From contig NW_024055760.1 of NCBI RefSeq assembly GCF_902713615.1, forward strand, positions 62,001 to 126,000: a DNA stretch of 64,000 bases, read 5' to 3'. Numbering within the stretch: the stretch's first letter is position 1; every line of letters starts with the position of its first letter. Below the pieces are notes generated by a model, which searched no databases, was not told the origin of the DNA, and saw only the letters and a list, made by a program, of their open reading frames with translations. This document shows, piece by piece, positions 38,550 through 50,429 of the stretch. Source of the DNA: Scyliorhinus canicula. Lineage: Eukaryota. Both the position numbers and the translations under genes were made by a program.

Positions 38550-39060
38550 ACACCCTGAGTTTTCATCTGTGAGAAGCACCAAGACAAATTAAACAAAAGA
38601 ACCATGTAACCACCATAGCCCATCTTCATGGCAATGTGGCATGATTTGGGGGCTTTCCAAACAGAAATGGTAATGAAACATCTTCTAACCTCCAAACTCC
38701 CTTTCACTCTTTGATCCTTGTGAAATGTGAAACCAGATATTCGTAAGAAGGTTCAGAGAGAATCAGCCCACTGGAGACGAAGCCGTGAGACCAGCCAGTC
38801 CAGCAGAAAGAAACCCTCTGACCATCCCCATTGACCAACAGAATGAACAAAATGCAGTCCTGGATGTAATTGAGAACAGAAACAATAACAGCAGAATCCA
38901 ATCCTTGTAATCGGTTGTGAACTTGTTGGTGTCTCAGAAAGTGCGATGAATCCCTTCGCACATTGAGGGCAGGTGAACGGCCTCTCCCCAGTGTGAACTC
39001 CCAAGTGTGACTGCAGACGGCATAACCGAGTGAATTGTGTAAATAGATGTAAACGGGTGT
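38550..39060 (-). pseudogene. detached 3' fingers and 3' UTR of ZNF gene 5
   Basis: [16 protein letters not shown] followed by a UTR homologous to 23580-23900. Confidence 0.7.
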
Positions 39061-39089
39061 GAGATAATCGGGATTCTGAAGACATTGCT

Positions 39090-41395
39090 GCAGGATGACC
39101 AGGGATGGGAACTGAATATATTCAGTATTTAGGAAGGACAGACAAAAAGGAAAAGGCAGTGGAGTGGCAGTGCTGGTTAGAGGAAATTAATGCAATAGTG
39201 AGGAAGGATATTAGCTCCAACAATGTGGAATCTGTATGGGTAGAGCTGAGAAACACCAAGGGGCAAAAAACATTAGTGGGCATCGTATAAAGACCCCCAA
39301 ACTGCAGTGGTGATGTTGGGAATGGCAGAAAACAGGAAATTAGGCTGATTGTATAAGTTTCTGTCGGTGTGTGAAGAGAAAAAGATCGGTGAAGACAAAT
39401 GTAGCTTCCTTCCAGTCAGAAACAGGGGAATGTATAATAGGGGACAAAGAAATGGCTGAGCAAATAAATACATACTTTGCTTCTGGCTTCACAAATTAGA
39501 TGCTAGAAATGTTGGGGAACGCAGGATTTAGTGAGAGGAAGGAACTAAAGGAGATCAATATTCGAGAAATTGTGTTGGGGAAATTGATGGGATTGGAGGC
39601 TGATAAATCCCCAGGGCCTGATAATCTGTATCCCAAAGTACTTAAGGAAGTGGTTCTAGAAATAATGGATGCATTGGTGGTCATCTTCCAGGATTCTATA
39701 GACTCTGGAATAATTCCTGCACATTGGAGGGTGGCTTATGTAACTCCACTATTTAAATAGGGACCTCGAGACAAAACAGGGAATTATAGACCAGAAAGCC
39801 TGACATCGGCAGTGGGGCAAATTTTAGAATCCATTATCAAAGATTTTAAAGCAAAGCACTTCAAAACCAGTGGCAGGATCGGACAGAGCCAGCATGGATT
39901 TATGAAGGGGAAATCATGCTTGACAAATCTACTGGAATTCTTCAAGTGTGTAACTGGTAGAGTTGACGAGGGAGAGCCAGTGGATGTGGTATATTTGGAC
40001 TTTCAGATAGCTTTCGACTTATTCCTGCATAAGATATTAGTGGGTAAAATGAAAGCACATGGGATTAGGGGTCGTCTCTTGAGATGGATAAAAAAACTGA
40101 CTGGCAGACAGGAAACAAAGAGGAGGAATTAATGGATCTTTTTCAAATTGGCAGGCAGTGGCTCGTGGGGTACCGCTGGGATCAGTGCCTGGGCCCCAGA
40201 TATTCACAAGATGTATAAATGATTTTTCTTTTCAAATTTAAAGTACCCAATTCTATTTTTGTAAATAAGTGGTAATTTAGCATGGCCAGTTCCCCTCCAC
40301 TGCACATCTTTGGGGTTATGGGGGTGAGACCCACGCAAAATCGAGAACTTGACTGCACACAGACAGTGACCCAGGCATGATTGAACCATGATCCTCAGCA
40401 CCATGAGGCAGCTGCACCACTTATATATTAACAACTTAGATGAGGGAACAAAATGCAATATCTCCAAATTTACAGATCTCACAAGTTGCTTGGGAGGATG
40501 AGCTGTGAGGAGGATGCAGAGATCCTTCAGAGTGATTTGGACAAGTTGAGTGAGTGGGCAAATGAATGGCAGATGCAGTATAATTTGGAGAAATGCGATG
40601 TTATCCACATTGGTACTAAAAATGAGAAGGCAGACTATTATCTGAACGGCCATAGATTAGGAGAGGCGGGGAATGTGCAATGAGACCTGGGTATCCTTGT
40701 ACGCCAGTCACTGAAGGTAAGCATGCAGCTCCAGCAGGCGGTAAAGAAGGCAAATGGTATGCTAGCCTTCATTGCGAGCGGATTCGAGTACAGGAGCAGG
40801 AATATCTTGCTATTATTACACAGGGCCGTGGCGAGGCCATACCTGGAATATTGTGAGCAATTTTGGTCTCCTTATCTGAGGAAGGATGTTCTTGCTCTAG
40901 AGGGAGTGCAGCGAGCGTTTACCAGACTGATTCCTGGGATGGTGGGACTGACGTATGAGAGATTGAATCAGTTAGGTTTGTATTCGCTGGAGTTCAGAAG
41001 AATGAGGGGGATCTCATAGAAACCTATAATATTCGAACAGGACTTAACAAGGTAGATGCAGGAAAGATTTTCCCGATGGTGGGAGTGTACAGAACCAGAG
41101 GTCGCAATCTGAGGATACGGGGGAGACCATTTAGACAGAGATGAGGAGAAATTTCTTCAACCAGAGAGTGGTGAGCCCGTGGAATTTGTTACCACAGGAA
41201 AACTTTAAGGCCAATACATTATTTGTTTGCAAGAAGCAGTTAGATATCGCACTGAAGGCGAAGGGGGTCAAAGGATATGGAGGGGAAAGCGGGATTAAGC
41301 TATTGAGTTGGATGATAAGCCATGATCATAATGAATGGCAGATCAGGCGCAAAGGGCCAAATGGCCTCTTCCTGCTCTCCCTTTTCATGTTTCTA
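39090..41395 (+). mobile_element. degenerate CR1 with internal deletions and a family C SINE at about 40222-40420 (-)
   Basis: ESVWVELRN, DKSPGPD, QHGFMKGKSCLTN, WQMQYN, FFNQRVV motifs. Confidence 0.85.
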
Positions 41396-41412
41396 TATAA
41401 TCCCTTCCCACA

Positions 41413-42735
41413 CTAAGAGCAGATGAATTGCCTCTCTCCAGTGTGAACTCGCCGGTGTTTCTGAAGGTTGGACGAATTACTGAATCCCTTCCCACACTGA
41501 GAGCAGGTGAATGGCCTCTCCCCAGTGTGAATTCGCTTATGTCTCTTCATGGTGGATGAACTAACAAATCCCTTCCCACACTGAGAGCAGGTGAACGGCC
41601 TCTCCCCAGTGTGAACTCGCTGATGGTTCCGCAGGGTGGATAAATCACTGAATCCTTTCCCACACTGAGAGCAGGTGAATGGCCTCTCCCCAGTGTGAAT
41701 CCGCTTATGTCTCTTCATGGTGGATGAACTAACAAATCCCTTCCCACACTGAGAGCAGGTGAACGGCCTCTCCCCAGTGTGAACTCGCTGATGGTTCCGA
41801 AGGTTGGACGAGTTATTGAATCTCTTCCCACACTGAGAGCAGGTGAATGGCCTCTCCCCAGTGTGAATTCGCTGGTGTGTCTGCAGACTGGATAAATGTG
41901 TAAATCCATTCCCACACTGAGAGCAGATGAATGGCCTCTCCCCAGTGTGAATTCGCTGATGTTTCCGCAGGGTGGATAAATCACTGAATCCTTTCCCACA
42001 CTGAGAGCAGGTGAATGGCCTCTCCCCAGTGTGAATTCGCTTATGTCTCTTCATGGTGGATAAATCACTGAATCCCTTCCCACACTGAGAGCAGGTGAAC
42101 GGCCTCTCCCCAGTGTGAACTCGCTGATGGTTCCGAAGGTTGGACGAGTTATTGAATCCCTTCCCACACTGAGAGCAGGTGAACGGCCTCTCCCCAGTGT
42201 GAACTCGCTGATGGTTCCGAAGTTTGGACGAGTTAATGAATCCCTTCCCACATTGAGAGCAGATGAATGGCCTCTCCCCAGTGTGAATTCGCCGGTGTGT
42301 CTGCAGGGTGGATGAATCACTGAATCCCTTCTCACAGAGGGAGCAGGTGAATGGCCTCTCCCCCGTGTGAACTCGCTGATGTTTCCGTAGGTTGGATGAA
42401 GAACTGAATCCCGTCCCACACTGGGAGCAGGTGAATGGCTTCTCCCCAGTGTGAACTCGCTGGTGTCTCTGCAGACTGGATAACTGAGTGAATTCCTTCC
42501 CACACTGGGAGCAGGTGAATGGCTTTTCCCCAGTGTGAACTCGCTGGTGTGCATACAGACTGGATAACTGAGTGAATTCCTTCCCACACTGAGAGCAGGT
42601 GAATGGCCTCTGCCCAGTGTGACTGCGGCGATGAATCTCCAGCACAGATGGGGCTCTAAATCCCTTCCCACAGTCAGCACATTTCCACGGTTTCTCCATG
42701 TTTTGGGTCTCCTCGTGTCTCTCGAGATTGGACAA
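41413..42735 (-). CDS. C2H2 ZNF gene 5, 15 tandem fingers, 440 aa
   Basis: 15 canonical CxxC/HxxxH units with TGE(R/K)P linkers; TAG in finger 16 next to the CR1 tail; acceptor module 43070-43300; start codon uncertain (TTG 42735 or ATG of MEKP). Confidence 0.9.
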   Translation of the reverse strand: MSNLERHEETQNMEKPWKCADCGKGFRAPSVLEIHRRSHTGQRPFTCSQCGKEFTQLSSLYAHQRVHTGEKPFTCSQCGKEFTQLSSLQRHQRVHTGEKPFTCSQCGTGFSSSSNLRKHQRVHTGERPFTCSLCEKGFSDSSTLQTHRRIHTGERPFICSQCGKGFINSSKLRNHQRVHTGERPFTCSQCGKGFNNSSNLRNHQRVHTGERPFTCSQCGKGFSDLSTMKRHKRIHTGERPFTCSQCGKGFSDLSTLRKHQRIHTGERPFICSQCGNGFTHLSSLQTHQRIHTGERPFTCSQCGKRFNNSSNLRNHQRVHTGERPFTCSQCGKGFVSSSTMKRHKRIHTGERPFTCSQCGKGFSDLSTLRNHQRVHTGERPFTCSQCGKGFVSSSTMKRHKRIHTGERPFTCSQCGKGFSNSSNLQKHRRVHTGERQFICS

Positions 42736-43314
42736 TCAGTTGAAGCCTTGTCTACACACAGAACATGTGCACTGTCTCTCCTCAGTGTGAATGGTGTGAT
42801 GTTTTTTTCAGGCCGTGTGTCTGGTTGAAGCTCTTTTCACAGTGAGTTCACTGGAACTCTCTCACTCGGATGTGTGGTGTGGGTCTCGGTGCTTTTCCAG
42901 TCACACTGATATTTCAAATCTTTTGACGCCGAAAGATCGGACAAAAATTTCTCCTTCTCGTCGATGATGTTCAGAGCCCGTTGTTTTCAGATCAGAAGGA
43001 ATCGAGTGAGTTTGTCACATCGAGACGTGATGTTTGAGATTTCTGTCTATAATTCCTCCTCTTCTAATATCCTTTAAAAACAATTTACGAAAGTCATCAC
43101 TGTTATTACAGGATAGAAACTCAGAAGACAATTCTACTTCCTATGGAATATAATTTCCTCTCCTTTTCCAAAATCTGTAAATCTCCATCCGACACAATCT
43201 CCCTCCATTCTCACTCTGCTGTATCTAATATTCACCCTCCCAATTCTCCTGAAGGGCTGATTCATGTTGATTGACAGATCCAAGTTCAGCTCACTGCTTC
43301 CTGACCAGGACGCA

Positions 43315-43700
43315 GAGATTATAATAGGATCAAGTGTAGGCCATTCGGCCCACCGAGTCTGCTCAACCATTCAATGAGATCCTTGGCTGATCTACCTCAG
43401 CACCATTTTCCCACATGATCCCCATATCCCTCGATATCTTCAACATCTAGAAACCTGTCAATATTTGTCTTGAACATACCTAATGGCTGAGGCTCCATAT
43501 TCCTCTGGGGAATACCAAAGCTTCACCACATCCTCGAGTGAAGAAATCCCTCCTCATCTCAGCTTTCACGCTATTTTCCTACATGTTCCCCGTAACCCTT
43601 AACTCCATTGTCAATAAAATATCTGTCTAACTTGTGGTTCAATATATTCAATGACCCCCAGATACAACTGGTCCCTGTGGAAGAGAAATCCAACACAACC
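43315..43700 (-). mobile_element. CR1 3' fragments
   Basis: ggccattcggcc hairpin, gaagaaatccctcc motifs. Confidence 0.6.
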
Positions 43701-43914
43701 CTCTGAGGGAAGAGATAGCTGGAAATCTATAACATAGCTACAGTCTTATAGTACATGGCGAGAAATAATTATGAATTTTATTACGGAACTGTAATTAATA
43801 TATCTAATCTGTACCAGATAAGAACATGAGACGGATACCTGTCCATTTACTGTCCCTGAAATGTAGCCCTCTCCTGGGGTACCCACACCTTTCATTGTAA
43901 ACATTAGGAAAGAG

Positions 43915-44135
43915 TTTTTAAAAATATATTTGGAGTAACCAACTTTTTATTCCAATTAAGGTGCAAAATTAGCTTGTTCAAATCACCTACCCTGCACATC
44001 TTTGGGTTGTGAAGGTGAGACACACGCAGAGACGGGGAGAATGTGTAAACTCCACATGGATAGTGACCCGGGGCCGGGATCGAGTCTGGATCCTCAGCAC
44101 CATTAGGCAGCAGTGCTAACCACAGCACTACCATG
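43915..44135 (-). mobile_element. V-SINE family C
   Basis: ccaattaagg...cacctaccctgcacatctttgggttg core. Confidence 0.7.
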
Positions 44136-44311
44136 GCCCCAGAGACCACCCTTTCAGTAAGAAAAATAATTGCATCCACCTGTTAACGGGGTGGGAGGCA
44201 GGAGTTGGAAACACTTTGTGGAGCCACGAAATTTCATTTAATTTTGTTTCCCAATTAAATGGAAATTAATGCGAGTGATTCGAGGTTGGGCTCAAATCAT
44301 CAGAGGACTCT

Positions 44312-44741
44312 GGTCGCGATTCTCCGACCCCCTGCCGGGCCGGAGAATCGGCAGGGGACTGCGCGAATTGCGCCATGCCACCTCAACGGCATTCTCCCAC
44401 CCATAAAAAAATCGGGCAGGCGCGCATGGTGCTGGGCCGCACGGAGAATCGCCGCAAACGGCCATAGCGGCGATCCTCCGGCGGCGCCGCGATTCTCCGG
44501 CCCGAATGGATCGACCGGCCGACTGAAAAAATCCTAGTCCCGCCGGCGCTGTTCTAATATGCTCTGGGCCCGGCTGGACCTCGGGGTTGAACGGTCCGGG
44601 GGCGGCCTGTGGGGGATGGGCCACTTCAGCGCTGTGCTGGACCCCCCAGCACCCGGGAATCGGGTCTCGGAACCTGCGCTGGAGTAAAGTACTCCTGTTT
44701 TGGCGCCGGCACTCTGACGCCGGACCAGAGAATCGCGGCCC
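44312..44741. mobile_element. GC-rich MITE (possibly PIF/Harbinger-type)
   Basis: imperfect TIR GGTCGCGATTCTC / GAGAATCGCGGCC and internal GGAGAATCG repeats; TSD not clear. Confidence 0.55.
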
Positions 44742-44769
44742 TGGTCTGTGGGGAGGAAGGAAACCCAGG

Positions 44770-45886
44770 GAGGTACACAGGGAGTATTCACAAACACCCG
44801 CTGGAGTCCCCAATAAGACCCATTGGTTTTATTGTCAGTTTGCAGACAGGAGCTGGAGAACTGAACCCAGGCAGAGGAGAGGGAGGGAGAAAACTGGGAG
44901 TGGAGGAAAGAAATGGTGAGATGGGTTTGGATTTCAGCCCAGGGAGGAGGGAGAGTGTGTGGGACGGGGATTTACAGCTTTGGGGGAAACAAGAGAGCAA
45001 ACAATGTTCCAGAGAAACTAGAATTGTCTGTTCAGAATTTCTATCCTGGACTGAGTGCTGACGATTGTTTTTTTTATTAAATATAGAGTACAAAATTGTA
45101 TTTTGTCCCAATTAAGGGGTAATTTTATCCGTCACATCTTTTTGGATTGAAGCCCATGCTGACAAGGGGAGAATGTGCAAAGTCCATATGGACAGAGACC
45201 CAGGGCCGGGATCAAACCCGGGTTCTCGGCTAACCACTGAGCCACCGTGCCTGCCCCTAATGACTTTTATAAACTCCTCTTACAGGATATTACAAGGGGA
45301 GAATTTACAGATGGAAACTCAAATCAAACTTCACAGCAAGATTTAACAGAGTCACTCCATTCATCAGGACCTGAATATCATTGGCCTGTGAATGTAGATG
45401 AAGAAATGTTTGTCTGCTCTGTCTGTAGGAAAAGATTTTCAACATCAGTGTGACTAGGACTGCTGCCTCACGGAGCCGAGGTCCCTGGTTCGATCTCGGC
45501 CCCGGGTCACTGTCCGTGTGGAGTTTGCACATCTCCCCGTGCTTGCGTGGGTTTCAGCCCCACAACCCAAAGATGTGCAGGGTAGGTGGATTGGACATGC
45601 TAAATTGCTCCTTAATTGGAAAAAAAAATGGATACTCTAAATTTATTTTTTAAAAAGATCAGCGTTACTGAAAAAAGACCCGATACACACACACTCGAGT
45701 TCAACTGATCGTCAAACTTGGAGAGGGACAAGGACACCAGCAGCATGCTGTAACCATGGAAATGTGGGGACTGTGGGAAGGGATTCAGGTCTTCATGTGA
45801 GTTGGAAATTCATCATCACCGTCACACCCGCGACAGACCATTCGCCTGTTCTAAGTGTGGGAAGGGATTCACTCAGTTATCCTAGT
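44770..45886 (+). pseudogene. ZNF gene 6 remnant (SINEs at about 45060-45250 and 45456-45655; truncated after about 1.5 fingers)
   Basis: 44810-45050 is highly similar to the reverse complement of 15960-16185; acceptor about 45283; [10 protein letters not shown] finger at 45758. Confidence 0.8.
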
Positions 45887-46100
45887 GAGGATTTACCAGG
45901 ATGTGGGAGCCGAGCTGGTGAGGAAGCAAGCGGCCTTTAATAAGGTTCAGGCTGCTCTATCGAAGAAAGGAGTTCCATTCGGGGTGGTTTACCCAGCAAA
46001 GCTACTATTTGCAGATGAGTCCAAAGACTTTGATTTTGAGACTCCAGAGGAGGCGACTGCCTTCATTGAGGGGCTCGTTGGTCTGGGAGTATGATTCTCG
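45887..46100 (+). mobile_element. L1-like ORF1 C-terminal fragment
   Basis: RIYQDVGAELVRKQAAFNKVQAAL..KG..FGVVYPAKL...FETPEEA. Confidence 0.65.
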
Positions 46101-46207
46101 CTTCGGGTGTTTTGGTTTCGAAATTTGCGGGAGGCCCCGGGTTCAAATCCCAGACAAGCCCTTTGATAATGTTTTCTGTTGGCCAAGCAACATGTTTTAA
46201 GGGGTAG

Positions 46208-46670
46208 TAACTGTAGCACAGTGGGTAACACTGTTGCTTCACAGCTCCAGGATCCCAGGTGCGATTCCTGGCTTGGGTCACTGTCTGTGCGGAGTCTGCA
46301 TGTTCTCCCTGTGTCTATGTGGGTTTCCTCCGGGTGCTCTGGTTTAATCTCACTAGTCACGCTGCTGTTAAGTCACTTGGACATTCTGAATTCTCCCTCT
46401 GTGTACCCAAACAGGCACCGGAATGTGGCGACCAGGGGCTTTTCACAGGAACTTCATTGCAGTGTTAATGTTTTTTTTAAATATGAATTTAGAGTGCCCA
46501 ATTCATTTTTTCCGATTGAGGGGCAATTTAGCGTGTCCAATCCACCTACCCTGGACATCTTTGGGTTGTGGAGCCGAAACCAAGGCAAACACGGGGAGAA
46601 TGTGTAAACTCCACACAGACAGTGACCCGAACCTGGGATCCTGGCGCCGTGAGGCAGCAATATAACCACG
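46208..46670. mobile_element. family E SINE (+, 46208-46470) back to back with family C SINE (-, 46480-46670)
   Basis: V cores with the respective tails. Confidence 0.75.
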
Positions 46671-46719
46671 GTGGTCAGTGGGTGGTTGGCGGGTACATTG
46701 GTGATGCTGGTGAATGGCT

Positions 46720-46860
46720 ATGCCCCTAACTAGGACAATGTGGCATTTGTAAAAAGAATTGTTCCCCCATACATGGATACACATCAATTAATTCTTGGAG
46801 GAGATTTCAACTGTTTTCTGGATCTTAAATGAACTGGTCCAAGCCCATTCATCCGCTACA
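46720..46860 (+). mobile_element. L1-like endonuclease fragment
   Basis: PN.DNVAFVKRIV....DTHQLILGGDFNCFLD. Confidence 0.55.
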
Positions 46861-47084
46861 AAAACAGGAAAAGGGAATGAAACCGGACGGACCTCCCGGC
46901 ATCGACCCAGGCACCGGAAATGACAACGGCAAACCCAGCAAAAGATAAAGAAAAGCTGTTCACTAACAGATTGTAAAAGTATTATGGGACACAGATTTAA
47001 GATTGTGAGCAAGATCTACAGGGGAGATATCGGGAAGAAAATTTACACAGTGTGGTAATGATTTGAACTCAATGCTTACACACA

Positions 47085-47350
47085 AAGGTCGATAATCTCC
47101 AGGTCCTGATCACCAGAAAAGTGCTGTCAGAATTTGATGTGAGGATTGGTTGTGAGTTTCCTGTCCCTTTCTAAGTCCCTGTGAAAGAAGTTTACAAAGG
47201 CATCACTGTCAGTCCAGAAATAAAATTCAGGAAAGATAAACATTTCTCCTGGTTTGAGTTTGCTGTGTGTAAATCCTCCCCGACGAATCCCCTATAAAAG
47301 GAGTTTCCAAAATCAATTAGTCAGTTCAGTATAGAAATTCACAACGACCT
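47085..47350 (-). pseudogene. ZNF gene 7 remnant: tandemly duplicated acceptor module, no fingers retained
   Basis: two copies of the ttgtaaac...(t/c)acag|gga.ttag module. Confidence 0.55.
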
Positions 47351-47679
47351 CTCTTTCTGCTCCCTGGTCCAGGATTACCGCTCATGCCGCCTCGCCCCCC
47401 CGCCCCGCTGCACACTGACCCTCGTCAGTGAGTTTCTGCCCTGGGTCTTCATGTGGCTTAACAGGGCCACAGAGCTTTGGACACATCGGGCAGGATGGAC
47501 AATGAGACAGTGAAATCCGGAGAGCAGGATTGGCTTCCTTTTCATTCAATCTCTGCCACCGCTTTGCATCATCAATAAGACATTGGGACTCAAAGACTAA
47601 TCCAGTTTGATGGACAAGTTGTCTCCATTCTGAACAATGGGGAACAAGCTCCTCCCACTCATTGAAACATCGCCCCGAC

Positions 47680-48060
47680 AAAGATGAGAAACGAGATGGC
47701 GGCCGTTAACCCGAGCCGAAGATGAGCAGCTGCAGCTCAGCTCGGTACAAACTGGGTCCCGTAAACATTTCAGAGGTTTGCGATTGCAACAGCTTTAAAC
47801 ACCGTTTCCGCCCGCCCCCGCGATCTCTCGCTCCCTCCGTATTGTTAAACGCTTCATACCGATTTCCGATCTGAAAGACATCCCTCTACATCGCCATTAC
47901 CCACACTGCGCATGCTTCAATCACAGCGGGCCCCGCCCCTCATTCACTCCGATTGGTTGGAGGACCAGCCGCTCCCGTTCGGCCCTCCAGTACCGCCCCT
48001 CCACTTCCTATTGGTCCGGAGCTGCCATCAATCACCCGGGCATTGTGAGGCCGATTTCAG
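47680..48060. promoter_or_regulatory. bidirectional promoter paralogous to 3030-3600
   Basis: AGATGGCGGCC (YY1), ACTGCGCATGC (NRF1), two ATTGG boxes, GC boxes, TGGAGGACC-N14-GGCCCTCCA, CCTATTGG...TCAATCA...CATTGTGAG. Confidence 0.7.
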
Positions 48061-48084
48061 GCTGACTCTCTGATTGTTCAATAC

Positions 48085-48660
48085 GTTTTTTTTGGTAAAT
48101 GTTTTTTATTGGGTTTTTCAACAAAGTATATTTACCGTTATGTACACAGGATAAGAAACATATATAAATATATACACATACACACACACATGTATAGAAG
48201 AGAAGGACACACCCCAACATACCAAAGAAAGAAAATAGTGAATAATTTTTAAAAATACAATAAAAAATAAAATAGAATAACTGGTAGGGTATTGTGCACC
48301 AGCTCAACAGCAGCAACTCTGTATACCTGGCAAAATTATTTACAACACATAAGTAAGCGACTGTTTGCGGGCGGGGGGGGGGGGGAGAGAGATTGGGGAG
48401 GTAAATATACATTCGGGTGCCGGAGAAACAATTACAGTGGGCAATACTCGAATGGGTTTGGTGTTGGTGTTGTCGCTTGCTTCTCCCGGACGGATCTCGC
48501 TGCCGTCTTGCGCTCACCTCCGCTTCTGCCGTTGCTCCTGTCTTACATCTTTATTCTCCTCGTTCCCTACTCCTGGAGATACCATGTTCGTTAATGTAAC
48601 CCGCGCCTTCCTTCCAGCTCTCATTTCCCTGCCTCCCTCCCACCTCCCTGGATTGTTCAA
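48085..48660 (-). mobile_element. poly(A)-tailed L1-like 3' end
   Basis: T-tract and tttattg at 48085-48110, no coding remnant. Confidence 0.4.
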
Positions 48661-48677
48661 TACATAGAGATACAATT

Positions 48678-48925
48678 ATAGAATTTATAGTGCAGAAGGA
48701 GGCCATTCGGCCCATCAAGTCTGCACCGGCTCTTGGAAAGAGCACCCTACTTAAGACCACACCTCCACCCCATCGCTGTAACCTAGCAACCCCATCTAAC
48801 ATAAGGGCAATTTAGCATGGCCACACCTGACCTGCACATCTTTGGACTGTGGGAGGAAACCGGAACACCCGGAGGAATCCCACGCAGACACGGTGGGAAC
48901 GGGCAGACTCCGTACAGGCAGTTAC
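48678..48925 (-). mobile_element. V-SINE with CR1-type tail
   Basis: reverse complement similar to 8023-8400. Confidence 0.8.
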
Positions 48926-48984
48926 ACTTTTGTTGTGGTTTCTAGCTGATTTTGGTCTTTTATTTTGACTGGACCACATGCTTG

Positions 48985-49325
48985 GGGAAAGCAAGAGAGG
49001 AAAGAAGGTTTGATAGAAACTAAAATGATCTGTTGTGAATTTCTACCCTGTTCTTCTGGTGATCATTTTTGTAAACTTCTTTTTCAGGCATTAGAATGGG
49101 AGGATTGGCAGCTGGGCAACTCGAACCAAATATAACATCCAGATCTGACTGTCACTCAATTCATTAGCATCTAAATATCACAAACTGTCAATGTGTTTGT
49201 CTGTTCTGACTGTGGGAAGAGATTTCAAACATCAGTGTGACTGGAAAAGCCCCGAGACCCACACACACCTGAGTGCACTGACTGTGGAAAGAGATTTAAC
49301 CAGTTACACAGCCTAAAAAAATCAT
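48985..49325 (+). pseudogene. ZNF gene 8 remnant truncated before the finger array
   Basis: acceptor module and VFVCSDCGKRFQTSV*LEK...CTDCGKRFNQLHSLKK, then a short CR1 piece. Confidence 0.7.
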
Positions 49326-49709
49326 CTTCTTTCCTCTTGTGGGAGAGTCTAGGGCCAGAGGCATAATCTCAGAGGAAGGGGTTCAAATTTAGGACAGAGA
49401 TGAGGAGACATTTCTTCCATCAGAGGGTAGTGAATCTGTGGAATTCTTCAGCTGTGCAATCATCCTGTCTCTGGGGTTTACCATAAAAAGGCAAAGGTGA
49501 AGGTGTCTTAACCCGAATGGGCCGCATGGTGGCGCAGTGGCTCTTTCACTGAGGGGCCTTGAGTTCAGACACATCCCAGACAGGACTGGTGAGAAATATC
49601 TGTCTGGGAAAGGGGAGAAAACTGTATAACCGGGGAAATGGAGCGGTGCTGATGGACCTTAGAGAAAGGAGTTCAGATTAGTCTTATTTTCTTCATTTTT
49701 CATTCAATA

Positions 49710-49749
49710 TTTATTAAAATTTCAGAGAAAATATTACACAAAAGTTTAT
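49710..49749 (-). terminator. candidate poly(A) signals for membrane IgM mRNA
   Basis: AATAAA on minus at 49744-49749 and 49710-49715. Confidence 0.45.
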
Positions 49750-50155
49750 TTTGATGTTTACAAAAGGGAACATAACGATTGAGGGTCACACTGAGAACAG
49801 AACACATGCCCTCTGAGCTGCCAAATGTATGTACAACTGTAACAGGCACAAGAGAGAACAGGAGCTCAACATAAAGGGAAGGCAACTGTTGTAAATAAGG
49901 TACGTGATAAGATACTTATTTAGACATGACATTGAAAGAAATTACTAGCTGCAATTACAGAACAGCCAAAATTATCTCGTACATTTCAAACTGAAAAGCA
50001 GAAATACTGTCCATGATCGTCTCAGTTACAGATGCAGAATAATAAACTGAGAGAATTTTACTGTTAGAGTCACCAAGAGGAGATATTGTATTTATGTCAC
50101 ACACAGATCATAATAAACAGCTGAGGAAAATCTACAGCGTCCGAACGTCAACCGA

Positions 50156-50164
50156 TCACTTGAT
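50156..50164 (-). CDS. IGHM: IgM TM2 exon (IK*)
   Basis: acceptor tttctctctcttttacag then ATC AAG TGA; 137-bp TM1-TM2 intron. Confidence 0.85.
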   Translation of the reverse strand: MK

Positions 50165-50301
50165 CTGTAAAAGAGAGAGAAATGATGAAGCAGATGTTTA
50201 TGATCTGGGACATTGATGTTAGAGTTTTTAATCAATCAAACATTTAGTGTTTTTAAACGGCTTCTGTCAGTTTGATGTGTTAGTGGATTGAATCTTCTCA
50301 C

Positions 50302-50429
50302 CTTCACCAGAGTGACTGCAGCGCTGTAGGAAATGCTCAGGAAGAACAGGGTGATGAATGTGGAAGCGGTTGTCCAGATGTTCCCATTATCATCCTCATC
50401 GTCTTCAGTCCAGGTGTGGTCTGTGGTAT
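50302..50429 (-). CDS. IGHM: IgM TM1 exon
   Basis: (D)TTDHTWTEDDEDDNGNIWTTASTFITLFFLSISYSAAVTLVK, CART-type TM; AG and GTGAGA boundaries, phase 1 in and phase 0 out; absent from the ORF track. Confidence 0.93.
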
